Part shown: piece by piece, positions 1 through 11,301 of the stretch
How the letters are laid out: each line of letters begins with the position of its first letter
How positions within the stretch are numbered: the first letter of the stretch is position 1
Assembly (NCBI GenBank): GCA_963815195.1
Contig: CAWFGE010000007.1
Coordinates: 128,001-192,000 of the forward strand
Length of the DNA: 64,000 nucleotides
Source of the DNA: an uncultured Planctomycetaceae bacterium
GTDB lineage: Bacteria; Planctomycetota; Planctomycetia; Planctomycetales; Planctomycetaceae
Direction: 5' to 3'
Position numbers and translations under genes: made by a program
The notes under the pieces: model-generated
What the model was told of the DNA's origin: nothing
What the model saw: the letters and a program-made list of their open reading frames with translations, nothing else
The model's database searches: none

Positions 1-3000
1 CGTTGGGCGTCGCGCCGCTTGCCGACTTGTCCACGAAAATCGTGTCGCCGACCTGGAACGAGAAATCGAAGATGCCGCCCGGCTTCCCGTCGCCGTTGCC
101 GTCGATGGGCGTGGCGGGACGCAGCGTGCCGTCGGGCTGAGGCGTGCTGTCCGCATCGACGATGGCCGCCGTCGGATCCGGGAGGAAGTCCATGCGAAGC
201 TCGTAGGCACCGTCGGTTGTGCCCTGGGAACCGCTATCGGGCACACGCGGATCATAGGTTTCGTTGCCGACGCTGGAGACTCCCACGTAGTACACCACGG
301 GATTGTTGGCATCGCCTTCGAGCTGGAGCTTCAAGAAGGAATCCGTCCCGTAGTAGTCGTCGTTGCGGGCGATGACCTCGCGCACGAGGCCGGTCGCGGT
401 GGCCGTTTCCTTGTACAGCGTCAGGACGGTGTTCAATTGGCTGGACGATTCCAGCCGCTTCGCCAGCGTTTCGATCGTGACTGTGCCCGTCTGGCGCATC
501 TCGAAACGGTACATATCGATGTCGTTGCTGTCCCGCCGGAACAACCGCCGCAAGTGCACGATGTCGTCGTTGCCGGGGAACACGGGTTCGACGGTCAGCG
601 GGTTCGTTGGTTCGATGCCCAAGCCGCCGTTGGCGCCGCTGCCGAGGATGGCATTGAGATCGAGGGCCTCGTTGAGCCCCAACAAGCGGCCGATTTCGTT
701 CATCGCGATGCGGAACCACTTGCCGCCGTACTGGTTTTGGGCCGGGGTAAAGTTTTCGCCTTTGTCGATCACGGCGAGGTAGCCGACCGTGCTGTTCTGT
801 CCCGAGATCCCTTCCACGCCGCCCGGACCCGTGGGGACGGTGGGCACGACGGCCCGCAAGTCGCCGGTGACGATCGTCAGAATGTCGTTCACGCCCGCGC
901 CCAACGCTTTGGCCTCAGCGACGCTGGCGGTCTCGACGAACTGCACTCCCGACACATACGAGAAGATGTCGAAAACTTCCCGGCGCGCTGCTTTTGCTCG
1001 TCCGTAATCACGTTGGACAGTTCGTTGCCTTGCGGATCCTTCCCGTACAGACTTTGGAAGTTGTAGGCGATGGTGCGAATCCCGTTGGCGCAAACGGCGC
1101 GGTGCCCCGGCCGTTGTTCGGGCCGGCGTTGAACTGCCCGGTATTCGAGTTGTCGAGGTGGTTTTGGCCGCCTCCGCCTTGGGGGGTGTCATCCACGAGC
1201 GGAATGTCCCGGTGGCCGGGCTCGTCGTTCCCGCCCGCTTCGGGAGGCAGCAACACGTCGATTTGAGGCTCGACGGCGACATCCGTCACGTCCTGGCCGG
1301 CGGTGCCGAGATTGCCCAGCGCCGTCGCTGTATCAAACATCGAGTTGTTGTCCGGATCGTTCGTCAACGGATCGACCGATTCGCCGACCGACAGGTGCAG
1401 TTGATAACCGTCGCCTGTTTCCGGCGGCTGGCCGGTCACACTTCCGCCGGCGTCCATCGAATCAAATTTCCCGACCGCGATCACATAGGTCCCGTTGGTC
1501 GCGAACACCACCGAGGAATCCGCCGTTCCAACTTTAATGAGCGGATCTTTCGCCGTGTCGCTGCCGGGATCCGCCGAGGTGACATTGTCACTCGTGGCAA
1601 TCAGATTGCCGGCGGGATCGTACAAGAACAATTCCGCGTCGAAGTTGGCGTTGTCGATGTCGAACAAGCCCACGTCGCCCGCTGTGGCCGTGAAGGAATA
1701 ATAGTCAATGCTCCCATCGCCAGTCCCGAAGATCGTCACGTGGGGAACCTGCGTCGAGCGCTCGATATTCGGGTCGTACGTCCTCGTCATCAGCGACGAC
1801 GGCACGATTTGAGGATTCGTCCGGAAATTGTTGGGCTCGACTTCCCGGATTCCCTTGAGGGGCGCCACGGTCAACCGGTACGAACCGGTCGTCGTTCCCC
1901 CAGTGCTGTTGCTGCCGTCGATGGGGTTGTAGCTATTGTTTCCTCGACTGGAAACTCCAATGTAATAAACCCCCGGAAGGAGTTGAGGGACAGGCCCTGG
2001 GATTGTGAGACCATTGTCCACATCGTAGGCGAGGAGTTGGCCGCCGAAGGAATTGAAAATCCGCAACTCCGCGTGGAGGCCGTTGTCGGTCGTCAGCGAC
2101 ACCGACAAATCACCGGGCGTGGAAAGTTCGAGGCGGTACAGATCGACCTCGTTGGGATCGAGCGAAGTCGAATTGGGATTGCCTCCCAGGAAGGCGTCCT
2201 GATAGTAAACGGAGCCCGCCGGGCGCGTTCCCAAGTTGGTGGCGGTGTCGAAAGTGCTGTTGACTTCAAACGACGCTCCGATTCGCAGGTTGTACGTTCC
2301 GGTGTCGAAGGGCGCGCCGAAGTCCAGCGTTGCGACCGCGGCGTCGGCGTTGTAGATCACGCTCACGGGCAGCCGCACCGTTCCGTCGGTGCGAATCAAC
2401 CGATAGAACGCGGGGCTCTGGGCCGTCGCCGGATCCAGCGGATCGTTGGAGTTGAAATACACATTGATCAGATTCTCCCGCTGCACCAGATTCGCGTCCT
2501 GGACGGAGATCGCGTCCATGGCATTGCTTCCCGGCGTGATCACCGGCGAAAAGGCGTCCCCTTGGATCGTGACGCTGGAAGCCGTGGCGGTCGCCGAGAT
2601 GCCGAACGCCGAACCCAGGTTGGCCGCCTGCGCGTTCAAGGCGTCGCGGATGTGAACCGCCACGTCCGCGGCGGAATCCGGCACCATCGCCGTGCTGCCG
2701 AAATACGAAATCTGAATGTTGTTGGGATCGGTCAACCCGTCCCCCACTGCCACGTCTTCGAACTCGAACGTCAACGGCGCGCCGCCCGATTGCACCGTGA
2801 ACGTGGCCCCCTCCAGAGAGGAGATGTCGTCGACGTTCAACCGCTGATTCCGAAGCACGGGCTGTTGGACGACGGCTTCGATCTGAGCGCCGCGGTCCAC
2901 CTGGAAGTTGAAGATTTGGTCTTCGCCGTCGTTAAACGCGACACCGACTTCATTGCGCAGCGGATGGTTCCCGGTCCCGCGAAACCGGATCTGGTAGGTG

Positions 3001-3503
3001 TCGTCGACCAGGGTGTTTGCAAACCGCACGATGACCTCGTTCGGCCGCTCTCCGATTTGAATCGACCCAATGTCCGCCGGCACCGAATCGTCGAACACCG
3101 GCCCCATCGGGTTGGGATTGTTGTCGACGGAATTCCCGTTCATGTCCACGAGGAACACGTCGTCGAAGCCGCTGCGGACGATCTCGATCCCGCGCAGGGT
3201 GTTGGGATCGATGACCTGCCCTTCGCTGAAGCGGAACATCATTTCCCGCGGGGCGGTGTCCAGGACCTCCCCGTCTTGAAATCCTTTCGCCGGATCAAAC
3301 ACCCCGGTATTGGGGGTGATCGCCACCAGCCGCGGCCCCGTGGCGGCGAGTAGCACGCGATCTTCAAGCGATTCCACAGAAGCGTTCAGGTGCTTGACAA
3401 GGTTTGGCGTTCCGGACTGCCGGCGGCGTTTCTTGGAAGCTCGCGATGAAACCGGACCGTGCAAACGGTTGCGCAAAGACTTAAGCCAATGCGAAATAAG
3501 CAT
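1..3503 (-). CDS. Giant planctomycete extracellular protein (LEPR-XLL-type N-terminus, PPC-like repeats, degenerate M10-like peptidase domain); runs off the left edge; two apparent frameshifts near 1090 and 982
   Basis: The ORF 1008-3503 has a basic N-terminus and VESLEDRVLLA. In shifted frames the reading continues as NGIRTIAYNFQSLYGKDPQGNELSNVITDEQKQRA, then EVFDIFSYVSGVQFVET...DIDMYRF...DGNGDGKPGG, open to position 1. Confidence 0.8.
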
Positions 3504-4155
3504 CGAATATTCCCCTGACGAATGCTAAAGGCAGTCGGAAATGACGACCTAAAATGGGTAAGAATTCCAAAGTAATCGCCCTACCTAGGAGATGCAATAA
3601 TCATTTCCCACTGGTTTTCCGGTGTTTTTAGGCAGGGACTGTATGAGTTTTGAGAATGATTCCGCCGCGGAGTTCGGGAAGGACGCAGCCTTGGATGAAA
3701 AGGGCGGCTTTCTAACCCACCGCATCCTTCCAACCGAAATAATCGGTCTTCCGAACGAGGCTTCCCCGTTTTTTTGGCGGCCGGAGATTTGTTCGAAACG
3801 TCCGCGCGATTGTTCCGAGTTTAATGAAGATCGCAGTCCTGGGCGTTGCTCACAAGTTACCGATCTGTCGTTTCCCCCAACGGCGAACGTAATTGTTAAC
3901 CGAAAAAACAGAATGGCCCGGCTGCTGAAAAAGAGAAATCTTGGATTGAGAGGGGCGGGGTGTGCGAATTGCCCTTGTTGAACAATCCCTTGTCGGATGG
4001 TGTGTGCCAGAAAGGAGCCGGCCGACCATCACAAATGGGGATTGGTGATATTCCCCATCATCCTGATAAGTGAGAATCTTCTCAAGTCTGAGACAGGATC
4101 ATTACAACCAGAGTTCCCAAAATATCAGAAAAAAACGGAAAAATGTTTCAACTCG

Positions 4156-5355
4156 TCAATGGAATTGCCCCGTAGGGCTTTTTGCGGGCTTTTGCGGTTG
4201 ATGGGATTTCGCAAATCTCGCCACGGCATGAATCGCCGCGAGCATTTTTCGCCGATCCACGGAATGCACCTCGAGCGGATCGCCGACGCCCCGGAGCATC
4301 GTGAGCGTCAGCCGGCCTCCCAAGTGCTGCCGGAATTCCTCCAAACCGTCGAACAACGCGCTGGTTTGCTCCAGCGTGGGATGATACAGCGGCAAGCCCA
4401 GATCTTTCAGGCAGTGGAGGACTTTTTGCGCGGCGTGGTCCGCGAGGCCGCATTCCAGGGAGGAATAAACCGTATCCACCGCCACGCCGATCGCCACCGC
4501 TTCGCCGTGCCGGAGCGAAAACTCGCTGAGGACTTCCATCTTATGGGCGGACCAGTGTCCGAAGTCCAAGGGCCGCGCTTCCAGCGCCTCGAACGGGTCC
4601 CCGCCTTGTGTGATGTGGTCTAAATGCATCCGGGCCGACTCCCGTAGAATCCGCCCGGCCGCGGACATGTCACGCTGGCGGATCGGCTTGGCGTCCCGGC
4701 AGATTTGCTCGAAGATCGCATCGTCTTTGAGGAGCGAAACCTTCACCGCCTCGGAAAACCCGCACAAAAAGTCGCGGTCCGGCAAGGTCTCCAGGAGGGC
4801 CTCGTCGTTGATCACCGCCCAAGGCACGGCAAAGCTGCCCACCCAGTTTTTCTTTTCGAACAGATTGACGCTGTTCTTCACGCCCACGCCGGAATCGCCT
4901 TGGGCCAATGTCGTCGTCGGCAGCCGCACCAGCCGAATCCCGCGGTGGGCGATCGCGGCGGCGAAGCCCACGGCATCCAGCACCGCCCCGCCGCCGATCA
5001 CGACGATGTAACTCCGGCGATCCAGATTGGCGGCATTGATGACTTTCAGCATCCGTTCCAAGATGTGAATATCGTTTTTGACCGCTTCGCCCCCGGGCAC
5101 GACCTGCAGGTTTCCCGCCAGCCGAAAGCGATCCCGGTGGGCCTGGGCAAACTCCAAGAGGCGATCCCATAACTCCGGCTGGGCGTTCAAAACGTGCTCA
5201 TCGAGCCAAAACTGCACGCGGGCCGGTTGTTCGCCGGACCGCTCCAACACATCGAGCAACACCTCCGCATCCGGTCCCAACACATCCTGGGTGAAACGCA
5301 AACGATGAACGAACGGCACATGAAACGAGCGAGTGAATTCAGATTCGAGCGACAT
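4156..5355 (-). CDS. 3-dehydroquinate synthase family sugar-phosphate cyclase (EboD-like)
   Basis: Motifs [46 protein letters not shown] and HGEAVAIG. Likely start is MSLESEF at 5355. Confidence 0.85.
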   Translation of the reverse strand: MSLESEFTRSFHVPFVHRLRFTQDVLGPDAEVLLDVLERSGEQPARVQFWLDEHVLNAQPELWDRLLEFAQAHRDRFRLAGNLQVVPGGEAVKNDIHILERMLKVINAANLDRRSYIVVIGGGAVLDAVGFAAAIAHRGIRLVRLPTTTLAQGDSGVGVKNSVNLFEKKNWVGSFAVPWAVINDEALLETLPDRDFLCGFSEAVKVSLLKDDAIFEQICRDAKPIRQRDMSAAGRILRESARMHLDHITQGGDPFEALEARPLDFGHWSAHKMEVLSEFSLRHGEAVAIGVAVDTVYSSLECGLADHAAQKVLHCLKDLGLPLYHPTLEQTSALFDGLEEFRQHLGGRLTLTMLRGVGDPLEVHSVDRRKMLAAIHAVARFAKSHQPQKPAKSPTGQFH

Positions 5356-5485
5356 ATTCTCATTGAAAACAAAAGATGGATGGATTGGCGAATAATGGAT
5401 GCCTACCAGTTTGATGGAAACATCGGCCATCTTCAATGCTTCGCGTCCACCGGCCCCGCATTTTTTTTGGAAGCCGCCTTGGGGG

Positions 5486-6715
5486 TCAGTCCACCAGTTG
5501 CACACGGCAGAAGCGTTTTTTGCCGGCCCAAAGGAGCATCCCGTCGGTCACTTCGACTTCTCTGGTGTTTGGGTCGAATTTGATTTTGTCCTCTCCGTGG
5601 GCGGCTCCGCCTTGTTTGATCAGCCGCCCCGCTTCACTCGAAGTGCTGCAAAGACCAAGCAACTTGAACGCCACCGCGAGCGGGATTTTTCCCTCCGTCA
5701 ATTCGCGTTTGCAGAGCGTGGCGACGGGAATGTCTGCGGGCAACGCCTTGTTCGAGATCTCGCGTTCCCACCGCTCGTCCGCGTCGAGCGCCTCGGCTTC
5801 GCTGAAATAGTCCGCGATGATGCTGCGGGCCAACGCCTTTTTCGCCGACTTCGGATCGCCCGCCAGCAGTTGCTCCACGTCATCCAAGGGTTTGTCGGTG
5901 AGGAGTTCAAAATACATCGGCATGAGGGCATCGGGGATCTGCATGAACTTTTTCATCATCTCGTAAGGCGGCTCGCTGATGCCGATGTAGTTCCCCAAAC
6001 TCTTGCCCATGCGCTTGACGCCGTCGATGCCCACGAGAATCGGGGACATCACGCCGATTTGCTGCGGCAGGTTTTGATCTTTTTGGAGCGTCCTGGCGAG
6101 CATGAAGCTGTAAAGCTGCTCGGTGCCGCCGAGTTCGATGTCCGCCCGGATCTTCACCGAGTCCCAAGCCTGCATGATGGGATACAGGCATTCGTGGAGA
6201 TAGATCGGGGTCTCGGCTTTCATGCGTTTGGCGAAGTCGTCGCGGGTCAGAAGTTGGGCCACGGTGACCTTGCCGCAGAGGTTCAGAATGTCGGCGAACG
6301 ACATTTTCCCGAACCAGTCCCCGTTGCGGTGCACCTCGGCTTTCGAGAGGTCCACGACTTTGCCGACCTGGTCGAGATAGTCGCGGGCGTTGGCTTCGAC
6401 CTCGGCTTCGGTGAACTGCTTTTGGCGGGCCTCGTCCCGGCCGCTGGGATCGCCGACCATCGCGGTGTAGTTGCCGATGATGATCACCGCCTGATGCCCC
6501 AACTCCTGGAACTGCCGCATTTTCCGCAAAGGCACGGTATGCCCCAAATGCACGTCCGCCGCGGTGGGATCGATGCCGTATTTCACGCGGAGTGGCGTCC
6601 CCGTCTCGCGGCTGTGCTTCAATTTGGCGGCGAGTTCTTCCTCCGGCACGATTTTCTCGATGCCCCGGCGGATGATCGCAAGTTGTTCTTCGACGGGTGG
6701 AAAGGAAATGGTCAT
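5486..6715 (-). CDS. tyrS: Tyrosyl-tRNA synthetase
   Basis: [14 protein letters not shown] (HIGH), GGTEQ, RMGKS (KMSKS variant) and a C-terminal S4-like domain. Confidence 0.97.
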   Translation of the reverse strand: MTISFPPVEEQLAIIRRGIEKIVPEEELAAKLKHSRETGTPLRVKYGIDPTAADVHLGHTVPLRKMRQFQELGHQAVIIIGNYTAMVGDPSGRDEARQKQFTEAEVEANARDYLDQVGKVVDLSKAEVHRNGDWFGKMSFADILNLCGKVTVAQLLTRDDFAKRMKAETPIYLHECLYPIMQAWDSVKIRADIELGGTEQLYSFMLARTLQKDQNLPQQIGVMSPILVGIDGVKRMGKSLGNYIGISEPPYEMMKKFMQIPDALMPMYFELLTDKPLDDVEQLLAGDPKSAKKALARSIIADYFSEAEALDADERWEREISNKALPADIPVATLCKRELTEGKIPLAVAFKLLGLCSTSSEAGRLIKQGGAAHGEDKIKFDPNTREVEVTDGMLLWAGKKRFCRVQLVD

Positions 6716-6803
6716 GGAATCTGGATCAATGAGATAATGCAGTTTGCTTCACAGGCTCTGACACGGAGCGTAGCAACCTGTTCGCATCGCTTCCAGAGAA
6801 CAA

Positions 6804-6951
6804 AGTCGCCCATCGCTCCGCGATGGCAGCGAGAAGAAGAGTTTGCATCGAAAGTGAATTGATTTCCAGATAGATCGATAATCCACACTGTGATTTTTTC
6901 GTAGCGGCTACGATCACGTTTTGCGCTACCATCGCGGAGCGAACGGCGACT
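6804..6951. repeat. REP-like inverted doublet, family B (AGTCGCC..TCGCTCCGCGAT)
   Basis: 6804-6831 is an imperfect reverse complement of 6924-6951. The same motif pair recurs at 34555-34668. Confidence 0.7.
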
Positions 6952-7849
6952 ATTGGCCCGGCGGGATGAGCAGGGCCCAGATCAGCATCCAGGCGTTGAA
7001 CAAGGCGTGCGTCGTGACCGAGGCGAGATAGCTCCGAGAGCGGTAATACACCCCGCCCAAAACCAAAGCCAACGGCAACAGGGGAATCATGTCCGGCCAG
7101 CCGTGCACCGAGGCAAAGATCACCGCCGTCATCGGCCACGCCACGCGGACCGGCAGCCATCGTAAGAGGGCCGATTGCAGCACCACGCGGTAAATCAGTT
7201 CCTCCACCAAGGGGGCCACGATCATCACCGACAGCGCGATCCAGAACACCGTGTCGGCTCCCGGATTTTCCCGCAGGAAGTTGAAAAACGGATGTTGCGT
7301 TTCCGTGGACCGGAAGGGACTCGTCGCGAGCAGCAGCGAATACACCGGCAAAAGACTCGCCAAAAACGCCAAGCCGCCCACTGCCAACTGCCAACCTTGG
7401 ATGCGAAATCCATAATCCCGAAGCGAAATGGGGGACGCGGTGAGCAACAGCCCCAATACCAAGACCCACTCGATAATGCCGGTCAGAACGATCGAATAAA
7501 GCGCGTCCCGCGTCATGTCCGGGGCCGGCGGGTTTGGGGGAGCCTGGTAATGGTTCCACAGGCTTTGCCCGATCAAATAGATCACCAAAGCCAGCGCGGG
7601 GAGAGGGACCGTGGGCGGCGGATCGGAAGCATGATCCTCCAGCACCGGGCCGGGCAATTTCCCAAAATAGAACAGACACCACACCCAACCGCTGGCGAGC
7701 AACATCACCGCCAAACTCGCCACTGGAAAAATCAAACCGCCGTCCTTTCCCCGAAAGCCTCCACCCGTCTGCCGCCAAGTTATCGCCCCGCGATTGGTCC
7801 GGTCAACCACGTCTGGCGGTGGGTTTGAGAGAAATCGAGTTCGCGCCAC
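6950..7849 (-). CDS. CPBP/CAAX-family intramembrane glutamic protease (start uncertain)
   Basis: Multi-TM protein with APLVEELIYR, FASVH and HALFN motifs. Confidence 0.88.
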   Translation of the reverse strand: MARTRFLSNPPPDVVDRTNRGAITWRQTGGGFRGKDGGLIFPVASLAVMLLASGWVWCLFYFGKLPGPVLEDHASDPPPTVPLPALALVIYLIGQSLWNHYQAPPNPPAPDMTRDALYSIVLTGIIEWVLVLGLLLTASPISLRDYGFRIQGWQLAVGGLAFLASLLPVYSLLLATSPFRSTETQHPFFNFLRENPGADTVFWIALSVMIVAPLVEELIYRVVLQSALLRWLPVRVAWPMTAVIFASVHGWPDMIPLLPLALVLGGVYYRSRSYLASVTTHALFNAWMLIWALLIPPGQ

Positions 7850-7886
7850 CCGAAAACCGGTGGGTTTGAGAGAAATCGAGTTCGCG
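7818..7886. repeat. 28-bp direct repeat GGTGGGTTTGAGAGAAATCGAGTTCGCG, two copies
   Basis: Identical copies at 7818-7845 and 7859-7886. Confidence 0.85.
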
Positions 7887-7934
7887 ATATGATCGGGAAG
7901 ATTTCATCAGATCCTTCAACCGATCGAGGACATT

Positions 7935-8717
7935 GTGACCGATATCCTGGAGACGATTGTTTCCCGCAAGCGCGAGGAAATCGCCGCGGCGAAAGATCGG
8001 CATTCGCTTGCGGAATTGGAACGCAAACTTCCCGAAGCTCCGCCGGTGCGGGATTTTGTCGCGGCTCTCAAAAACGCCGAGGGCCTGGGCCTCATTGCGG
8101 AAATCAAAAAAGCCTCACCGTCGGCGGGAATCATCCGGGCAGATTTCGATCCGGTCCAGATCGCGAGGATTTATGCCGAAAGCGGCGCCCACTGTCTGAG
8201 CGTGTTAACCGATGAGCCTTTCTTCCAGGGGCATTTGGATTATCTGGTGCAGGTGCGGGACGCGGTCACGCTTCCCGTGCTGCGGAAGGATTTTTTGCTC
8301 GATCCGTATCAGATCGTAGAAGCCCGGGCCGCGGGGGCGGATTGTGTGCTCTTGATCGCCGAGTGCTTGGATGATGCCTCGCTTGCGGAGCTTTACAGCA
8401 AAGCCCAGAACCTGGGGATGTCGGCTCTCGTGGAGATTTACGATCCTGAAAACCTGGAGCGGGTCTTGAAGCTCGATCCGCCGATGATCGGCATCAACAA
8501 CCGAAACTTAAAAACCTTCGTGACCGATCTCGATCACACCCTTAAGTTATGCCCGCGGATTCCTGAAGACTGCCTGATCATCAGCGAGAGCGGCATTCGC
8601 ACGCGCGATGATGTGCTCAGGCTGGCCTCGGCCGGCGTTCGCGGTATGCTGGTGGGCGAAACCCTGATGCGCTCCGAACCCATCGCCGCCAAGGTCCGCG
8701 AACTTTTGGGCCGCTGA
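7935..8717 (+). CDS. trpC: Indole-3-glycerol phosphate synthase
   Basis: IAEIKKASPSAG, LSVLTDEPFFQG, LRKDF, GINNRNL and SESGI. Confidence 0.97.
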   Translation: MTDILETIVSRKREEIAAAKDRHSLAELERKLPEAPPVRDFVAALKNAEGLGLIAEIKKASPSAGIIRADFDPVQIARIYAESGAHCLSVLTDEPFFQGHLDYLVQVRDAVTLPVLRKDFLLDPYQIVEARAAGADCVLLIAECLDDASLAELYSKAQNLGMSALVEIYDPENLERVLKLDPPMIGINNRNLKTFVTDLDHTLKLCPRIPEDCLIISESGIRTRDDVLRLASAGVRGMLVGETLMRSEPIAAKVRELLGR

Positions 8718-8788
8718 AGGCCAACTTTCGCGGGGTGGCAGTTGCAATAAGTTGCCAGCTGGCGGTCACAGAATGGCCTTGGTCAGTT

Positions 8789-9730
8789 TTATTCTTGACG
8801 TTCGACGAATCCGCACGTCGGCAATGCAGCTTTGAACTTCTTTTTCCCCTCCTCGGTAATCTGGGTCCCTTGGACATCTAAAGATCGGAGCGATTTCATA
8901 TTGCTCAAATGCATCAGCCCGGCATCGGTCACCTTGGTATGATTAATCAAAAGGCTTTCGATCTTCAGGCCCTTCAGGTGCAACAGCCCGGCATCGGTGA
9001 TTTTGGTTTTGCCAAGGCTCAAACTACGCAGGTTGGTCAGCCCTTTCATGTAAACCAAGCCCTCATCGGTGACCGCACTCCCCCACAAGGACAAGCGCAG
9101 TTTACTCAGCCCTTTGAGGTGGACGAACCCGGGGCCGGTGACTTGAGTGCGACCTAGGTCCAGCGACCGTAGCCCGGTCAACCTCGTCAAGTGAGCCAGG
9201 GCCGCATCGGTGACCTTCGTCCCGCCCAGGCCCAGACTTGCCAGCTTGGTCATGTTTTTCAGATGCGCGAGACCGGCATCGGTCATGTTGGTGTTGACCA
9301 GGTCAAGGATCCGCAGGTCCGTGAGCCCCTCGAGATGAGCCAGCCCGTTGCCGGTGATCTTCGTGCCGTAAAGTGAAAGAAATTGCAGGCCGGTGAACTC
9401 CTTGAGGTGGGCAAGCCCGGCGTCGGTGATCCCGGTCTCTTCGAGATACAGCCATTCGAGTCTGGGCAGGCCTTCCAATTGAGCGAGCGAGGCGTCGTTG
9501 ACCTTGCTGCTTTGCATTAGCATCATGTATATCCCCGGTTTAATTTTCGTTCCGGTTATGATATCTTTGGTCGCTTTTTCGAGACCGGCGATCCCTCCCA
9601 GACGCCTGGCGACGACACGCGCCTTCTTGAGCGCCTCGCTCTGATTATTCCCGTCCTCGTCGGTCTGGGCGGCCGCGGCCGCCGTCGTGAAGCACATGAT
9701 GAAAACCGCAGTAACACGTAGAATTGCCAT
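8789..9730 (-). CDS. Secreted leucine-rich-repeat protein
   Basis: Signal-peptide-like N-terminus and about nine 24-aa repeats of the LxxLxLxxTxITDAGLAHLxxL type. Confidence 0.9.
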   Translation of the reverse strand: MAILRVTAVFIMCFTTAAAAAQTDEDGNNQSEALKKARVVARRLGGIAGLEKATKDIITGTKIKPGIYMMLMQSSKVNDASLAQLEGLPRLEWLYLEETGITDAGLAHLKEFTGLQFLSLYGTKITGNGLAHLEGLTDLRILDLVNTNMTDAGLAHLKNMTKLASLGLGGTKVTDAALAHLTRLTGLRSLDLGRTQVTGPGFVHLKGLSKLRLSLWGSAVTDEGLVYMKGLTNLRSLSLGKTKITDAGLLHLKGLKIESLLINHTKVTDAGLMHLSNMKSLRSLDVQGTQITEEGKKKFKAALPTCGFVERQE

Positions 9731-9873
9731 CGCTTCCTCCCTTAGACTTCAAAGTACGATTGCTCGACTGTCGCAGTTCGAGATTACTCGTTAGTCTACA
9801 ACCGCTTGTCGGTCAGGTCGATGTCCGTGGCCTTTTCCATTGCGCGCAACGAACTTCTTGAGGAACCCAACCC

Positions 9874-10473
9874 ATGAACGAAAGCCAACCCGTGGAACAG
9901 ATTCTGGTGGTGCCGACTTTGCTTTTTCACGAGTTGGGATATTTTCAGGGGTTCTGTGCGGATGTGGATCGGTATTTGAAAACTTTGCTCGATCCGGCCC
10001 ACGTCAGCTATCGGCCCCGGCCGGAAATGGAGAACGATCCGAGTTACAAACAGCTCATTCCCTACTGCATCTTTCAGTTTGAGGACCGGATTTTTCATTA
10101 CCGCCGGGGCACCGACCAGGGCGAAGCCCGGCTGCACAGCAAACGCTCCATCGGCATCGGCGGGCATATTTCCTCCGAAGACGAGGCTGGCTCGAACGCT
10201 TACGAAGAAGGCATGCGGCGGGAAATCGCGGAGGAGGTGTACCTCGAAACAGGCGTCCGGCAGGAGTGCATCGGGCTGATCAACGATGACGAAACCGAGG
10301 TCGGGCGGGTGCATTTGGGCGTTGTGCACCGATTTCATCTGGACTCGCCCAAAGTTCGGCCCCGCGAAGCGTCGATTATGGAAACAGGCTTTGCCGCGCC
10401 TGCGGATTTGGCGGGTTCTCGGGATGAGTTTGAAACCTGGTCCCAGATCTGTTTAGAATACCTTCTGCGCTGA
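9874..10473 (+). CDS. Predicted NUDIX-family phosphoesterase
   Basis: [41 protein letters not shown] and FETWSQ. Confidence 0.8.
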   Translation: MNESQPVEQILVVPTLLFHELGYFQGFCADVDRYLKTLLDPAHVSYRPRPEMENDPSYKQLIPYCIFQFEDRIFHYRRGTDQGEARLHSKRSIGIGGHISSEDEAGSNAYEEGMRREIAEEVYLETGVRQECIGLINDDETEVGRVHLGVVHRFHLDSPKVRPREASIMETGFAAPADLAGSRDEFETWSQICLEYLLR

Positions 10474-10533
10474 GCTGATTTTTGCCCTTCAAAACCTCCG
10501 TGTTTCGGATGTGACAAAGGAGTGTCGCTGCCC

Positions 10534-11097
10534 ATGACAATTTCTTCGCGTGGTTGGTTTGTGGTGGCCGGGTTTGCCGCCGTGGTCATTGGCGTGGCGA
10601 GTTTGGGGTTTTCCCCCGGGATGGCCGCCCAGTCGGCGGGCCAGTCCTTCACGGAAGACAGCCTGGGGCAGTCGCTCGAGTCTCTGGGCCTCAAGACGCG
10701 AAAAGACAAGCACCGCTATGATTTCAGCTTCAAGGCGGACTTTCAGGGCGAGGAATGGGAGTTCACCATGTCCGCCGTTCTCAGCCAGAACGGGGAATCG
10801 CTGTGGGTGATGGCCTGGCTCGATGAGTTGCCCAAATCGGCGACGGCCGTTCCGAAGACCGCGCTCCTGCGGCTCCTCGCCAACAACGACCGCCTGGGCA
10901 AAGGCAAGTTCTTCGCTTACGTTCACGAAAACCGCCGGTTCGTGATGCAGCGGGTTCTCGACAACCGGGACCTCGACGGCGACAAACTCCGCGCGGTGCT
11001 CCAGGACCTCGGCGGCAGCGTCGCGGAAACCTACGAATTCTGGGCCGTCGATCAATGGAGCCAGAACCAAACCACCCACGCCACCGCGACGCAATAG
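10534..11097 (+). CDS. Exported protein with a YbjN/CesT-chaperone-like domain
   Basis: N-terminal hydrophobic signal, with an LLRLLANNDRLGKGKFFAY...MQRVLDN pattern typical of YbjN-like folds. Confidence 0.6.
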   Translation: MTISSRGWFVVAGFAAVVIGVASLGFSPGMAAQSAGQSFTEDSLGQSLESLGLKTRKDKHRYDFSFKADFQGEEWEFTMSAVLSQNGESLWVMAWLDELPKSATAVPKTALLRLLANNDRLGKGKFFAYVHENRRFVMQRVLDNRDLDGDKLRAVLQDLGGSVAETYEFWAVDQWSQNQTTHATATQ

Positions 11098-11124
11098 AGA
11101 GTTCCAAGTTCCAAGTTTCAGGTT

Positions 11125-11157
11125 CGCCCGGAGCATTGGCTGCGGGCGTTTTTTTTT
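11125..11157 (+). terminator. Rho-independent terminator
   Basis: Hairpin CGCCCGGAGC-ATTG-GCTGCGGGCG followed by T9, downstream of the gene ending at 11097. Confidence 0.75.
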
Positions 11158-11301
11158 CGCCCCGCGATTTTCCGCGAAGGTTTGCGAAACAGGCCTGCGG
11201 GTGCTCCTCCCGTTGCGGCGGCCTTGCAAATCGGCGGGAGCCTGCTAGTTTGAGCGTTTTCCTGGCCTAAACTTGTCGTTTTTTATTGCGGGGCAATATC
11301 G

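Noticed and set aside
3504..4155. 650-bp AT-richer region upstream of the giant protein gene as a possible ncRNA
   Set aside because: Probably regulatory, but no recognisable riboswitch, RNA structure or promoter could be supported by eye.
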